From a virus, in UHGV virus genome UHGV-0141727: a stretch of 64,000 nt of DNA. The stretch is one strand, 5' to 3'. Each line of letters starts with the position of its first letter. The first letter of the stretch is position 1. The position numbers were made by a program, and so were the translations under genes. Positions 16,839 through 27,300 of this stretch are shown here, one piece after another. The notes under the pieces were generated by a model. The model worked only from the letters and a program-made list of their open reading frames with translations, had not been told where the DNA came from and did no database searches.

Positions 16839-18151
16839 ACTTGCCGGGTACGTCTCCGGCGAGGGCTTCCACCTCCGTATGCTTTTCGGCGCACCGCGCC
16901 CTGGCTGCAATTCGGTAACAGGGGATGCACAACCCTGGCTTCCAGCGTGATTAGCGCCTTCAGCATGACGGGATATACCCGTTACAAGACATTATTCCAG
17001 AAAGCCATTAACCAATGGCTGTTACGCGGGAAGGACGTAACAGGTAAGGGCGCTGACCAGAAAGACCTGACCCTTCTCATTCATCTGGTTAATCACACCA
17101 GCGCCCTTGCCTGTTATGCCTCCCCGTTCCCTAATACACAGACGGGGACACTCTGCGGTCGATTTTTTGACGGGGGACGACTCATACCCCGTGGCGTCAG
17201 GCTTCTTAGGCCGCTACCATCATCAGATCATCGTTTGCATTTACTTTAATGGTCGGGTTCTAAACCGCCGCAAAGTCGCTAACCATGACGAAAACACTGA
17301 AAAAACACCCACCCGAAGGTGGGCAAATATCCCACTCGCGGTATTGCCACTTAGGCGTATGGTCAACCTGGCAACTCGGTGTCCTCAACGGGGAAGGAAT
17401 AACCCCGCCATACTTACCGCCGCGCCTGTCGCGGTTATCGCTACGTATCAACATAAAAGCCGACTGCCTGAGCAAGATTCACTTTCAAAGGCCCGCAGAA
17501 AGGAATCCATAGTCGGCTTTTATCTTGAAGCGGCTCTCTCTCCGCCCGTCACCGTCCTATCCCGGTTGTCGCGTTTGCCACGCCAGCCGTAACGAGGTTT
17601 AAAGTCTTTTCACGTTTTCATCACTCGACTGCCGTCTATGGCTGTTCGTTGCAGCGGGGGTGCCTCCCCCTGGGGATATCCCCGGCCTTACCCCCATTCT
17701 TTCAAAACACAATGCAAGGCCACATCCGCATAGGTGCATTACCGCAACGTTAAGGAGACTCAGAGTCAGCAAAATAAGAGGAAAACCCAACTCTGCGCCT
17801 CCTTAACGTTGAGGATGTGCACTGATGATGACCCGATGCAGCCTGGCCCACTTAACATACTCACTGCCAGATCATCATCAATGAACACCTTAAAAAGACC
17901 TTCCGTGGCTCAAGTCACTGTCGTTTACTCCGTAAAATGCTCTCGCTGAAACCACTTTACGCACTAAACCTGCCGGGCATGTATTTGCACGGTGCCGGAG
18001 CTTTCCCTTACCTTAAAATTTACTTTCTAACACTTAAATTTGTTTTATGCTGGTGGGGAAAGACAATGAAGTGACTATCAAACCCGCAAGCGACATGGGA
18101 AGCTCCCCACCAGCACGAAAAATTCTATGTTAAGTTAACCCCATAATCAAT

Positions 18152-18184
18152 ATGTTAGAAAAACAAATTTAATTTTCTAACATG
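18152..18184. promoter_or_regulatory. palindromic operator pair ATGTTAGAAAA-N10-TTTTCTAACAT
   Basis: Perfect 11-bp inverted arms; abuts the 3' end of the 18185 gene. Confidence 0.5.
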
Positions 18185-19393
18185 TTATTTCCAGTAAAGA
18201 TTTTCAACTCCACCGTTCTTCTTATCCCACTCGTTCGCCCATACCCGGCAAGCATCAATTATTTCCTGACGGCGATCGCCCTGCATGAACGGAATGCTTT
18301 CATGAAAGCTGCTTGGAATGCAGGCCACACTGAACACTGTATCAAACTCAGTCTGCTTGATTGCCTCCAACGTCTCTGGACGCATTTTCAATTCGTCGAT
18401 CGGTGCATCCTTAGAGTCCATAATCCGGCGATGCAAGCGTGGAAAATCCGTTTCAAGGTACGCCATAATTTTATCTGCCAGACATTCGTCTATGTCGGTA
18501 TTCCAGTCAGTTTCGAAGCCAGGAATTCGGTAGTAAAGCGGCGTTCCCCATACTGACGGGATCACATCCATCGTCAGCAGGCGGCTGGTTCTGATTTGCT
18601 GATGGTAATTTGCCGTCAGCAACGCTTCGCCACGTTGCCCAGTCTCCGCGACCAGACCATGCGGAAACTCATGGATATAGGCAATAGCTTCTCTTCCGTC
18701 ATACATTAGCGGGAATGTCTCTGGCCTTTGCCCCATGCCACAGGCGCGATTCAGATCATGACCAAGCTCTGAGCACTCTCGTTTCAATGTTTCAATAATG
18801 CTCTGCGCCGCTGCTAACTTTTTACGCAGTGTGACGAGTTCGCCTTGATACTCAACGCATTGCTGATTTAGCTTGGTTAAACGCTCTTTTAGTTCCCGAC
18901 GCTCTCTTTTCAGCGTGCGGTTATCTTTCTCCGCAACATCCAGTCGTTTTGTCAGGCTTGGCGGATAGTCTTTTTTGTAACGACTCAAATCGACTTCAGC
19001 AGATTTGCGCAGTGTATTTGCCTGCTCAAGACGCGCCTCCAGATTGCCGATCTCATTACGCATATTCGCGGCAAATTGATTAACTGCATCCCCCAGGCTT
19101 TCAACTGTCGCTGATACACCAGTGACTTGAGAAAAACGGATCAAGCCATCATTAACGGCTTGCTGATATTCCTCAAACTGATCCACCAGCTTATTGTAAT
19201 CAACTGCCCCATCATCAAGGAGCTGGTTGATTTCCGCCACCAGGTTATCTGTAGTGGCAATGACGCTCTCATGCAGTCGCTTTGACAGGTCATCGCCCGG
19301 ATTTCGTTTCTGTATAAGCGCGATTTGTGTCCGCAGCGTTTCAATTGCGGTTGAGATGATCTCCAGGCTTGATGATTCTACTTGCTGACTCAT
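18185..19393 (-). CDS. hypothetical protein (402 aa), central coiled-coil plus C-terminal domain of unknown function
   Basis: Heptad-rich charged segment about residues 100-220; operator-like motifs at both ends. Confidence 0.55.
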   Translation of the reverse strand: MSQQVESSSLEIISTAIETLRTQIALIQKRNPGDDLSKRLHESVIATTDNLVAEINQLLDDGAVDYNKLVDQFEEYQQAVNDGLIRFSQVTGVSATVESLGDAVNQFAANMRNEIGNLEARLEQANTLRKSAEVDLSRYKKDYPPSLTKRLDVAEKDNRTLKRERRELKERLTKLNQQCVEYQGELVTLRKKLAAAQSIIETLKRECSELGHDLNRACGMGQRPETFPLMYDGREAIAYIHEFPHGLVAETGQRGEALLTANYHQQIRTSRLLTMDVIPSVWGTPLYYRIPGFETDWNTDIDECLADKIMAYLETDFPRLHRRIMDSKDAPIDELKMRPETLEAIKQTEFDTVFSVACIPSSFHESIPFMQGDRRQEIIDACRVWANEWDKKNGGVENLYWK

Positions 19394-19417
19394 GTTTGTT
19401 CCCTTTCTTGAAATTAG

Positions 19418-19428
19418 TTTTCTAACAT
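19418..19428. promoter_or_regulatory. operator-like motif TTTTCTAACAT
   Basis: About 25 bp upstream of the 19393 start. Confidence 0.45.
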
Positions 19429-19502
19429 ATTTTATTAGTATGCAATTTCAATAAAAAGACTCAGGCAACAAAAAACCCGCCAACTGGCGGGTTTATGACC
19501 GT

Positions 19503-19829
19503 TTAGACGTGTTGGAGTAGCATGTATGCCATATAAATCAAAGCTATCAGTACGACAACTACCTCTGAAATTCTAAGCGCGCGCTTTACTATCTGCCGCT
19601 CACCGTGGGGTATACCATCCGAGTATTCCTGATCCGTCATTTTCCCCAGCCAGCTTACCGATAACAGAGCTGCATTCTCACTCATCTCAAGTTCACTTAC
19701 GGCCTCTCGTATAAGTGGAGCGGTTACTTTCCTGGAAGCAACTTTCATGGTTATGCTTCTGGTTCTTCCGGCGTCATCAGCAAACGTCAGATTTACGTGG
19801 TGTTTTCTGCTCAATGAACAAACTCCCAA
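19503..19829 (-). CDS. hypothetical protein with C-terminal transmembrane helix
   Basis: C-terminus VVVVLIALIYMAYMLL; start uncertain. Confidence 0.3.
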   Translation of the reverse strand: MGVCSLSRKHHVNLTFADDAGRTRSITMKVASRKVTAPLIREAVSELEMSENAALLSVSWLGKMTDQEYSDGIPHGERQIVKRALRISEVVVVLIALIYMAYMLLQHV

Positions 19830-20011
19830 TCATTGGCTTTCGCGCTTTCCGGGGTAATGCATACCTTGTCGCCGGTAACTATGTTTCGGGCTTCTAATGC
19901 CCCATCATCCATCTTTTTAAGCTCTATACAGAAAGAATGAGGCCATGAGCAGCGACGAGCAACAACGTTAGCACCGGCAGGGATAAGTTCAGCCACGTTA
20001 AGTAAACGCAA
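19811..20011 (-). CDS. hypothetical small protein (66 aa)
   Basis: ORF between flanking genes on the same strand. Confidence 0.25.
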   Translation of the reverse strand: MRLLNVAELIPAGANVVARRCSWPHSFCIELKKMDDGALEARNIVTGDKVCITPESAKANDWEFVH

Positions 20012-20025
20012 AACGATTTCTCCGT

Positions 20026-20472
20026 TTAATCAAGATTTACATATTCCGTGATAGCTTTTATGGCTTCATCGGCACTGCGCGCCTCAAAGCAGTAATAGCC
20101 TGCTTCCGTGAGGCGGGTCATCCAGACGAGCTGTTCGGGAGTCAGACGGTTTCTCCCGTGCTTCATCTCAATGCGCATTCCGTGATACCCACCACGAGCA
20201 AGGTCAATAGAAAGGTCCGGATAGCCCTTCTTCTGACCTTCTGCCACCATCTTAATGGCTGTCCTTTTGCCTCTCAGGCCGCCGTTCGGTGTTGAGTGTG
20301 TGTGTTCATACACGTATCGCATGTTGCGATACAGCCAATCCAGAACGCGAACCTGTTCGTAATGTTCGTAATTCCGTTTTAGTAAGTCAGGATTTCTTTC
20401 TAACTCTCTCAGTGCAGCAGCGTGCGGGGATATTTCAGAATACGCACTATGATGCCTGCGTCTTCGCATCAA
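20026..20472 (-). CDS. VRR-NUC domain nuclease-like protein
   Basis: Motif string VLDWL...PNGG...GYPDLSID...IEMK...LTPEQLVWMTRL fits the VRR-NUC / PD-(D/E)xK pattern. Confidence 0.6.
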   Translation of the reverse strand: MMRRRRHHSAYSEISPHAAALRELERNPDLLKRNYEHYEQVRVLDWLYRNMRYVYEHTHSTPNGGLRGKRTAIKMVAEGQKKGYPDLSIDLARGGYHGMRIEMKHGRNRLTPEQLVWMTRLTEAGYYCFEARSADEAIKAITEYVNLD

Positions 20473-20483
20473 ATTTCTAACAC
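20473..20483. promoter_or_regulatory. operator-like motif ATTTCTAACAC at the VRR-NUC gene start
   Basis: Family member immediately 5' of the start codon. Confidence 0.4.
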
Positions 20484-20658
20484 ATACTTCCTGAAATCAT
20501 GAACACGATAATAACAAGAGCGTTAGTTTTATCAAAACCGGGGGGAATACTACTAAAGAGATAGGCGGATGCAACAGGTCGGACTTGTTTTTAGAGTAAA
20601 TGGTGATGCGGGTCAACAAGCCGGGTAAATTGTATGTCATTTACCCAACTTGTTATTT

Positions 20659-20919
20659 TTAATGGTTTATTTTATCCGGTTCGTTAATTTCTGTAACCGC
20701 CTTGTCGATAGCGATCATCCATCCTTCATAGGATAAATCATCAACAAGGCCCACCAGCTTATCGTCAGTGTGCGGAAAATAAATCCATCCCCATTTCGAA
20801 GGGTTTTCTATATGCCGCAGCGTAAATACCCGCTTATAACGGTGGTATTCAAGGGCGTATCCCTTCCCTTGTGAGTACGCTTTTAAGTCGTCGATCGTAA
20901 ACCTACGATTCTTTCGCAT
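20659..20919 (-). CDS. hypothetical protein (86 aa; P1 has lxc/ulx near here)
   Basis: ORF abutting the upstream gene (stop 20922, start 20919, no gap). Confidence 0.4.
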   Translation of the reverse strand: MRKNRRFTIDDLKAYSQGKGYALEYHRYKRVFTLRHIENPSKWGWIYFPHTDDKLVGLVDDLSYEGWMIAIDKAVTEINEPDKINH

Positions 20920-20921
20920 AG

Positions 20922-21356
20922 CTACCCCATGATTCGATATTTCTCTATCGACTCGTCGTAACTTGTGTACACGTATGGCTCTGTATCATCAGCATAAGGC
21001 GCGACTTCCAGAGCATGAACGGGATTGTATACCGCGTCATTTTCCAGGCGATCGCTCGAATACAGATGCCCGGCTAAAACCGTAAGCGCCGGGCGACTCA
21101 TTTTGTAGATCTCTGCCACATCACTATCTACAACTTGTCCAAATGATATGTCGCCGCGCTCCAGCAATAACGTTTTAAGCGCAGGCCACCACGGCCCATA
21201 AAGGTGATAAAGCTGTGGATCTCTTTTCAGCCTTTCCACCATGCCATCCAGATATGCATCCAGAAACGCCTCTTCACTCCTGCCATTGAGCGCCTGCGGC
21301 AAAATGTCCTCAAGGTAGGATTCCGTCGGTTTTACAGTGTCAATTAATGTCGTCAT
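20922..21356 (-). CDS. hypothetical protein (144 aa) immediately downstream of the DarB-like gene
   Basis: ORF 37 bp after the giant gene. Confidence 0.4.
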   Translation of the reverse strand: MTTLIDTVKPTESYLEDILPQALNGRSEEAFLDAYLDGMVERLKRDPQLYHLYGPWWPALKTLLLERGDISFGQVVDSDVAEIYKMSRPALTVLAGHLYSSDRLENDAVYNPVHALEVAPYADDTEPYVYTSYDESIEKYRIMG

Positions 21357-21392
21357 TCAAATTCGGCCCCGGATGGGGCCGCTCCTTATCTG

Positions 21393-24300
21393 TTAGGCCG
21401 CATCGGCGATTATTTTACGCAGTTCATCTACCGAGTAACGCGTAGATACCATCCATGCCGGACGGTCAAAGTTCACATCAGCAACCGGGTTTGCTTCAAA
21501 ATTCCAGAAACGCCCGCCAATCTTCTTAATCGCGTCTTTGGCGTTCCGTATTGTCGAGGAACCAGGTTGGTCGGCAATGAGATAAACCGCACCGACGTCC
21601 TCGCTGACGCTCCACCAGCGCCCGCGAACACGCGCCTTAGCGCGAATCGGCTTATCATTGACCACAATGATATAGTCATCATTCGCCGCTTCATCAGCTC
21701 TGGCTTCAGCCACTGCCGCCTGCTCTTCTCTTTTGCTTTCAGCCTGTTCAAGCCTTTCCGCGATCTCTGATTCGGTGGCCCCGCCGTTTTTCAGCGATAC
21801 AAAGTCTTGCCACGTTGCTGATTTGAGCGCATCCGGCAACTCATTCACATAGTCACCGTCTTTCAACTCACGGGCGCGGCGGGTAGCCATTTCTACCAGG
21901 CGATTAACAGAAACAGCATCAGCAAAATCGTCCTTACTAATGTGTTTTTCATCAAATGCATTGATGACAGCCCCCACCTTAATCCACTGTGCTGCCGGTG
22001 ATTCCAGGGGGTTATCAGCCTGGACAATGGCGAGTTTCGCTCCATCTACCCCATTATTCGCCAACTGTTCCAGTGCCGCCCATCCATCTGCATCACTGAG
22101 TGATTTATATTGCTCAAACAATGCATCGCGCCAGGCCACCAGCGCAGAACGTGTTTTTTCGATCTTCGTCTTAATTTTCGCGATCTTGACCTGATTAAAC
22201 ATCCGTTCAATATCATCGATATTGCTAAAGGCTTTCATCCTGCCCTTGAATAAACGGTATGCCAGCACGGTCCTCCAGAATGATTCCAGACCTTCTCCGG
22301 ACGGTTTGCGGAACAAGCTAAGAATATCTTCAGAAGTGACTTTATTAAGCGAACGACCTGACAGACCACGCCCAGCCATCCAGTTTTCGAACTCCTGGGC
22401 AACATCATCCATCGTTGCCTGTGCGCCCCATGCCTGCATTCCCTGGATGTAATCATACCCATACAATGCCTGGAGGAATCCCTCACCGTCCACGATATTC
22501 AGCGGGTTATCACTGGCTTGTATTTTTGCCACTTCACGCTTCAGCGCCTCATCGTTGCCATCTGGATATATCCATCGTTCAGGTGCTATATCCGATGCTC
22601 GCCCGATTTTTTGGCCTATCACGCCATCATAGGCCGATGACAGCGCGATCTGACCATCATCTGTGCGATATGCCCAGTATTTAATAGCTGACCCACCGCC
22701 CCATGCATTACCAGGTTTACCAGCAATAACATTCATTACCCCATTGCGAATAGCATCATAGAACTGATCGCGAGTAAGTATTGTTGATAGCTGGTGGCAC
22801 TGAACACCACGCGCAGCCGTTGCGCGCGATTCAGCTACCCCCTCTTCAAAAGTTACCGCTTCAATCACAGAGTCAAACGGCAATGTAACGATTGACCCCG
22901 GTGATCGAGCGTAACGACTTGCTCTATCCAGCCAGGCGATACGGCAGAGGTATTGTGCTTTTTCACCGTCAATTTTTTCCACCCGGACAATCGCTGTTGT
23001 TTCGCGATCATCAATGACTGCACGGTAATAACTACCTTTATGCAACAGGATATTCTTGTCAGTGCGCATATATTCCTGTGGGTTCTGAATAACATCGATA
23101 CTGATATCCAGCACACCAGACTTAATAGCGCGCTCCACATCACCACGAGAGCGTTTCATTATGGTATCCGCGTCTTTTGCCCTGGTGATCGCAAACCGCA
23201 GCACCCGCGCACGTTTTCTGTAGCTACTCAACTGCTCAAGCGCGAATTTTTGCCCATTCCTGTTCGTACCCGCTTTTATCAGGTCGTCAAGATTTCGCTG
23301 GTAATACTCTATCTGTTCCATCGCGCTTTTCAGTTCTGTCTCCATCATGCCGATATCTTTTCCAGCGGCGTTTGCCGCTTTCAGGTAGATATCGAGTGCA
23401 TTGTTGGCCTCGCGCTGTGCTTTCAGTTTCAGACGTTCTTCACGCTCTTGCGCCTGGCGAGCCATGATTGCGCGGCGTTCTTCCGGGTTTGCCGCCAGCA
23501 TAATGGCGCGTTCATCAGCATCATCCGCATCACCATTGGCGATCTCTGACATGTCGGAGGTCATCACCATCTTGATCCAGTCTTTCTTACGTTTCAGCGT
23601 ATCCAGACGGAAGTCGTCGAATGTGCCTTTGCCACAATAGTAGTGAACATTGACCTTCTCTTGCGGTGAACCTACGCGCGCACCGCGCCCATTTCGTTGG
23701 TCGATACTGGCTGGTGTCCAGGGTAGTGTCAGGTGGTGGATATCGGTTGTCCCGATATGCAGGTTAATACCTACTTCAGCCTTCTTGTTACAGATAATGA
23801 TACGCGTGCGCCCTTCGTTATAGTCGGCGGCAATGCCTTCCATACCCTCAAGGCCAGCATCATTTTTAGCTGAGAGATAATCCTCATATTGGGCAAGTTT
23901 GCTGTAGTAGGTTTCCCATGCCCCTTCTTTGTATTCACCGTTTTTATTCGGAGTAGGTTCAGTCGGCTTATTCACCTTCTTCAGCTTGATGCCGCCAGCC
24001 TGGCTAACGGTCGTCGCATTGATAATGCCTATCTCCTGCTCCGGCATTTGCAGTGCACTGGCGATAATACGGCGCAGCTTCTGGTGCTGGGCTTTTTCAT
24101 CAATGAAGACAATTTGTTTACCGTTCTTCAGACCTTCACGAAGGTTTTCGATCAGCGCGGCATACTTCGGCGGGATGGGGTGTGATACCTGCTGCAGATC
24201 AATCCCGGCGGCAGCAATGGCCTTCAGTATTTCAGCTTCCAGTTCAATGCTGGCACGTATTTCAACATGCGCCGGATGTTCACTAAAGGTGGTCTTCACT

Positions 24301-27300
24301 ACCTTACTGGTGCGCGTACTAACCAGCCCACCAGCGCCGTCTTCTTCGGCCTCGTCTGCATCATCTGCCACTTTACCGCCAGCTACTTTTGGCAGGGCAT
24401 CAGCAATAGCTTTTACCTTGTCTGCAAGCTCAACGGGGAACTGGAATGTAATCGCACTGGCATACAGATCCGGATCTATAGCAACCTTATCCATGTCGCG
24501 GATGATGGAGAAGATGAAATCATCCGGTTTTTCGTTTGTGATATGCCCGTTTTCATCAACCGTCAGCGCATCTTTACTACTTAACTCCTGTGCACGCTTA
24601 CGAAGCTCTTCATAAGCAGCCTCCTGCTCCCCTGTCATCGGGATCTGCAAGGTATTCTCGACAATATCAGGGATTTTAACCGTCGCCCCGACGTCCGCAG
24701 CAGTCTTCAGAGTAGTCCAGCGATGGAAAATACCACGCAGGCCATCAAGGTTCTGGAAGCCAACCAGCCCCTGCTTCTCTTCCACTTCCCCGGAAATTTT
24801 CTGGACCTGAACTGTGGCTGTTTTACCAAACACACGAACGAAATCATCAGGCGTAATGATGCCCATGCGCATCCACTCTTCCTGCGGAATGACAGTAGAC
24901 AGCATGTTGAAGGCATCAATCGGACTGTTCACCAGCGGTGTTGCTGTCAGCATGACTACACCACGCCCGTTGTTGCGTTTCATCATGTACGCAGCTTTTA
25001 CAGCCATGTCGCGGGCCATCTTGGATACTGCCGGGTTAGGCAAATATGCCAGTTGTCCCGCTTCACGCCCGGCATTAAAGGAGTTGCGGTAGTTATGCCC
25101 CTCGTCGGCAATCACGCTATCGAAGTTCATATCCTCAAAGTACGGGATATTCTGCTTCTTCGTTGTACCGGTATTCGCGGCCTGATCCTTAATCTTGTTC
25201 TTCTTCTGCGCATCACGGTGTTTACCGGACGCCAGATCAAGACGCCCCATTTCCACAGCATTAAAGACAGCTTGCTGTGAGTTCTCCTCGATAGTTTTTT
25301 CTCGTAGCGGGATAGACGCGAATTGTTCTTTTGTCATGATGACCGTTCGCCAATTTGACGACGGGATCATGTTCATGCGCTGAACGATAACGGCGCTGGC
25401 GGACTCTTTCACAACATTTCTGGTAAGAGGCTGCCCGTTACTGTCGAGGCGGGGTTCGCCATTTTCATCAAGCACCGGCGCGGTCAGAATATTGCCGTCT
25501 TCATCACGAACTTCATCCAGACCGATAAACATCATATTTGCGAAGGCATCAGCACTGTAGAAGCTCTGTGCCTCGTGATACCAGTTCTGATAAACCGCCT
25601 TCGGAACAACAATACACGTGCGTTTAGTGCGACCTGTTTCGAAGTTATACGCCTCAAGCGCAAGCGCGGTCGTGGTTTTACCCAGCCCGGTACCTAATCC
25701 CATAATGCCGCGACCATCTTCTGACAGGCGACGAACTTCCTCATTCTGATAAGTCAGAGGAATGCGCTTTCCACTAATCCCTTCCAGGCCAAGCGGTGCG
25801 TTAGAGTGCGTGAACGGAATGAAGCCATTGAATGCGTCGTTATACTCGCGGGCTATCTGATCAGCCTGCGGGTGAGTGCGTAACCAGTCGTTAAAACTAA
25901 CTTCCAGTTGAGCAATTTTATCCAGGTACTCGTTAGCGTTCTGCCCACGCGGTTTAACACCGTTCAGGTAGTTTTCTAACTGGTTCAGGAAGCCGTCTTT
26001 ATTGTTGGCCTTCTTGAACTCATTCCCGTTTTTGCCGTTTACGGTTCGTAGCTGATAGCCGGTAAATACCCCGTCCTTACCTTCGTAATCGTCCGGAGAT
26101 ACCAGAATGCCATCGACGACTTTCAGGTCAGGTTCAGTGTACTTAAACTCGTCATAGCCCTGCTCTGCCAGGAACTCTTTTATCAAGCGGCGATCCAGCC
26201 AGCGGGCGTTCAGATTAACGGTGACTTTATTTAGTGGCGTGAAAATGCGTTTCTCTTCGATTTTCGCCAACTGACGCTCAAAGTTCGATTTCTGCTCACC
26301 TGTTGACGCATCACGCCAGCCCATCAGCAATGCTGTTTTGGTTGCAATATCGCCGCTGGTGGCGCGGTCCATCGGCAGCAGGCAGCCATACCCATCAATA
26401 GCGATATCATCAAATTTCGCCAGGTATTCAAGGGCCGCGTCGTCGTCCTCTGGCAGTTCACCAGCAAACGCCTCACGAAAGTCGCCCAGCGTTATAGGAT
26501 TAAGGGCTACATCACTGAAAAGATGTGCTATCACTTGTTCCGGACGTGTAAAGTCAATACCGGCAGCACCATCCGTTACATCAAGTCGCCCTGCCAGAAG
26601 GTCAGAAGTGGAACCATCCTGTTTCACGTTGCCAGTGAACGTCATCCAGTTTTTAGCTCCAGCTTCTGCAAGCCCATTCAGCTTAATCGCGTGCGGTGGT
26701 CCATACTTCGCAACTTCTGCTGCCGCCAGGCGGGATACATCTGCCAGTTTGGCATCAACGTTCACCCCCAGGTTACGCAAATCAAGTGCCTTGTTGATCA
26801 ACTGCCCTATCAACGCACCGCGCATAACGCGCTCCCTGTCTTTTTCTCGCTGTTTGCCAGCAAAGCGAATCATTGCTGCCACTTCATCACTGACAACCGA
26901 TGGATAGTCAGACGCGATCGCCGATATCTGGTCCCATGACAAAGCCAGAATCCCGTTTGTTGACTGGAACGCGATCTGCAGATCGCCAAACGTCGAAACA
27001 CCATATCGACTTACATCAAGCGCGGAGGATTTGGTTGTCGTGTCCTTAACCCATTTCAGGCCATCAAACTCATGCCAGATACCGCCTACAAGGCGCTTAT
27101 CCCCTACTTTTGCGCCCTGCCATGCCTGGGTAGTTACTCCGAGCAAATCCCAATTAATACGGCTTTCAAAACGGCGTGATAGAGCGGTTTTCATCGACTC
27201 ATTGGATACACGGCCATCCTTTTTCACCACCAGGGTATTGCGGAAGCTGGTGCGTTCCATGTCGCCATAAACAAATCGCTTCCCTTCGGTTGTAAACCAT

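Noticed and set aside
16498-17249. ORFs 16498-16707 (-) and 16707-17249 (+) from the six-frame track
   Set aside because: They translate the tRNA array (the GLAQLVERLPCKQDVSGSSP-type peptide typical of translated tRNA genes) and adjacent non-coding sequence.
17107-17949. ORFs 17107-17592, 17285-17512, 17599-17790, 17734-17949
   Set aside because: Arg/Pro/Ser-rich low-complexity translations in a hairpin-dense region with no RBS and no coupling; more likely non-coding RNA or cis elements.
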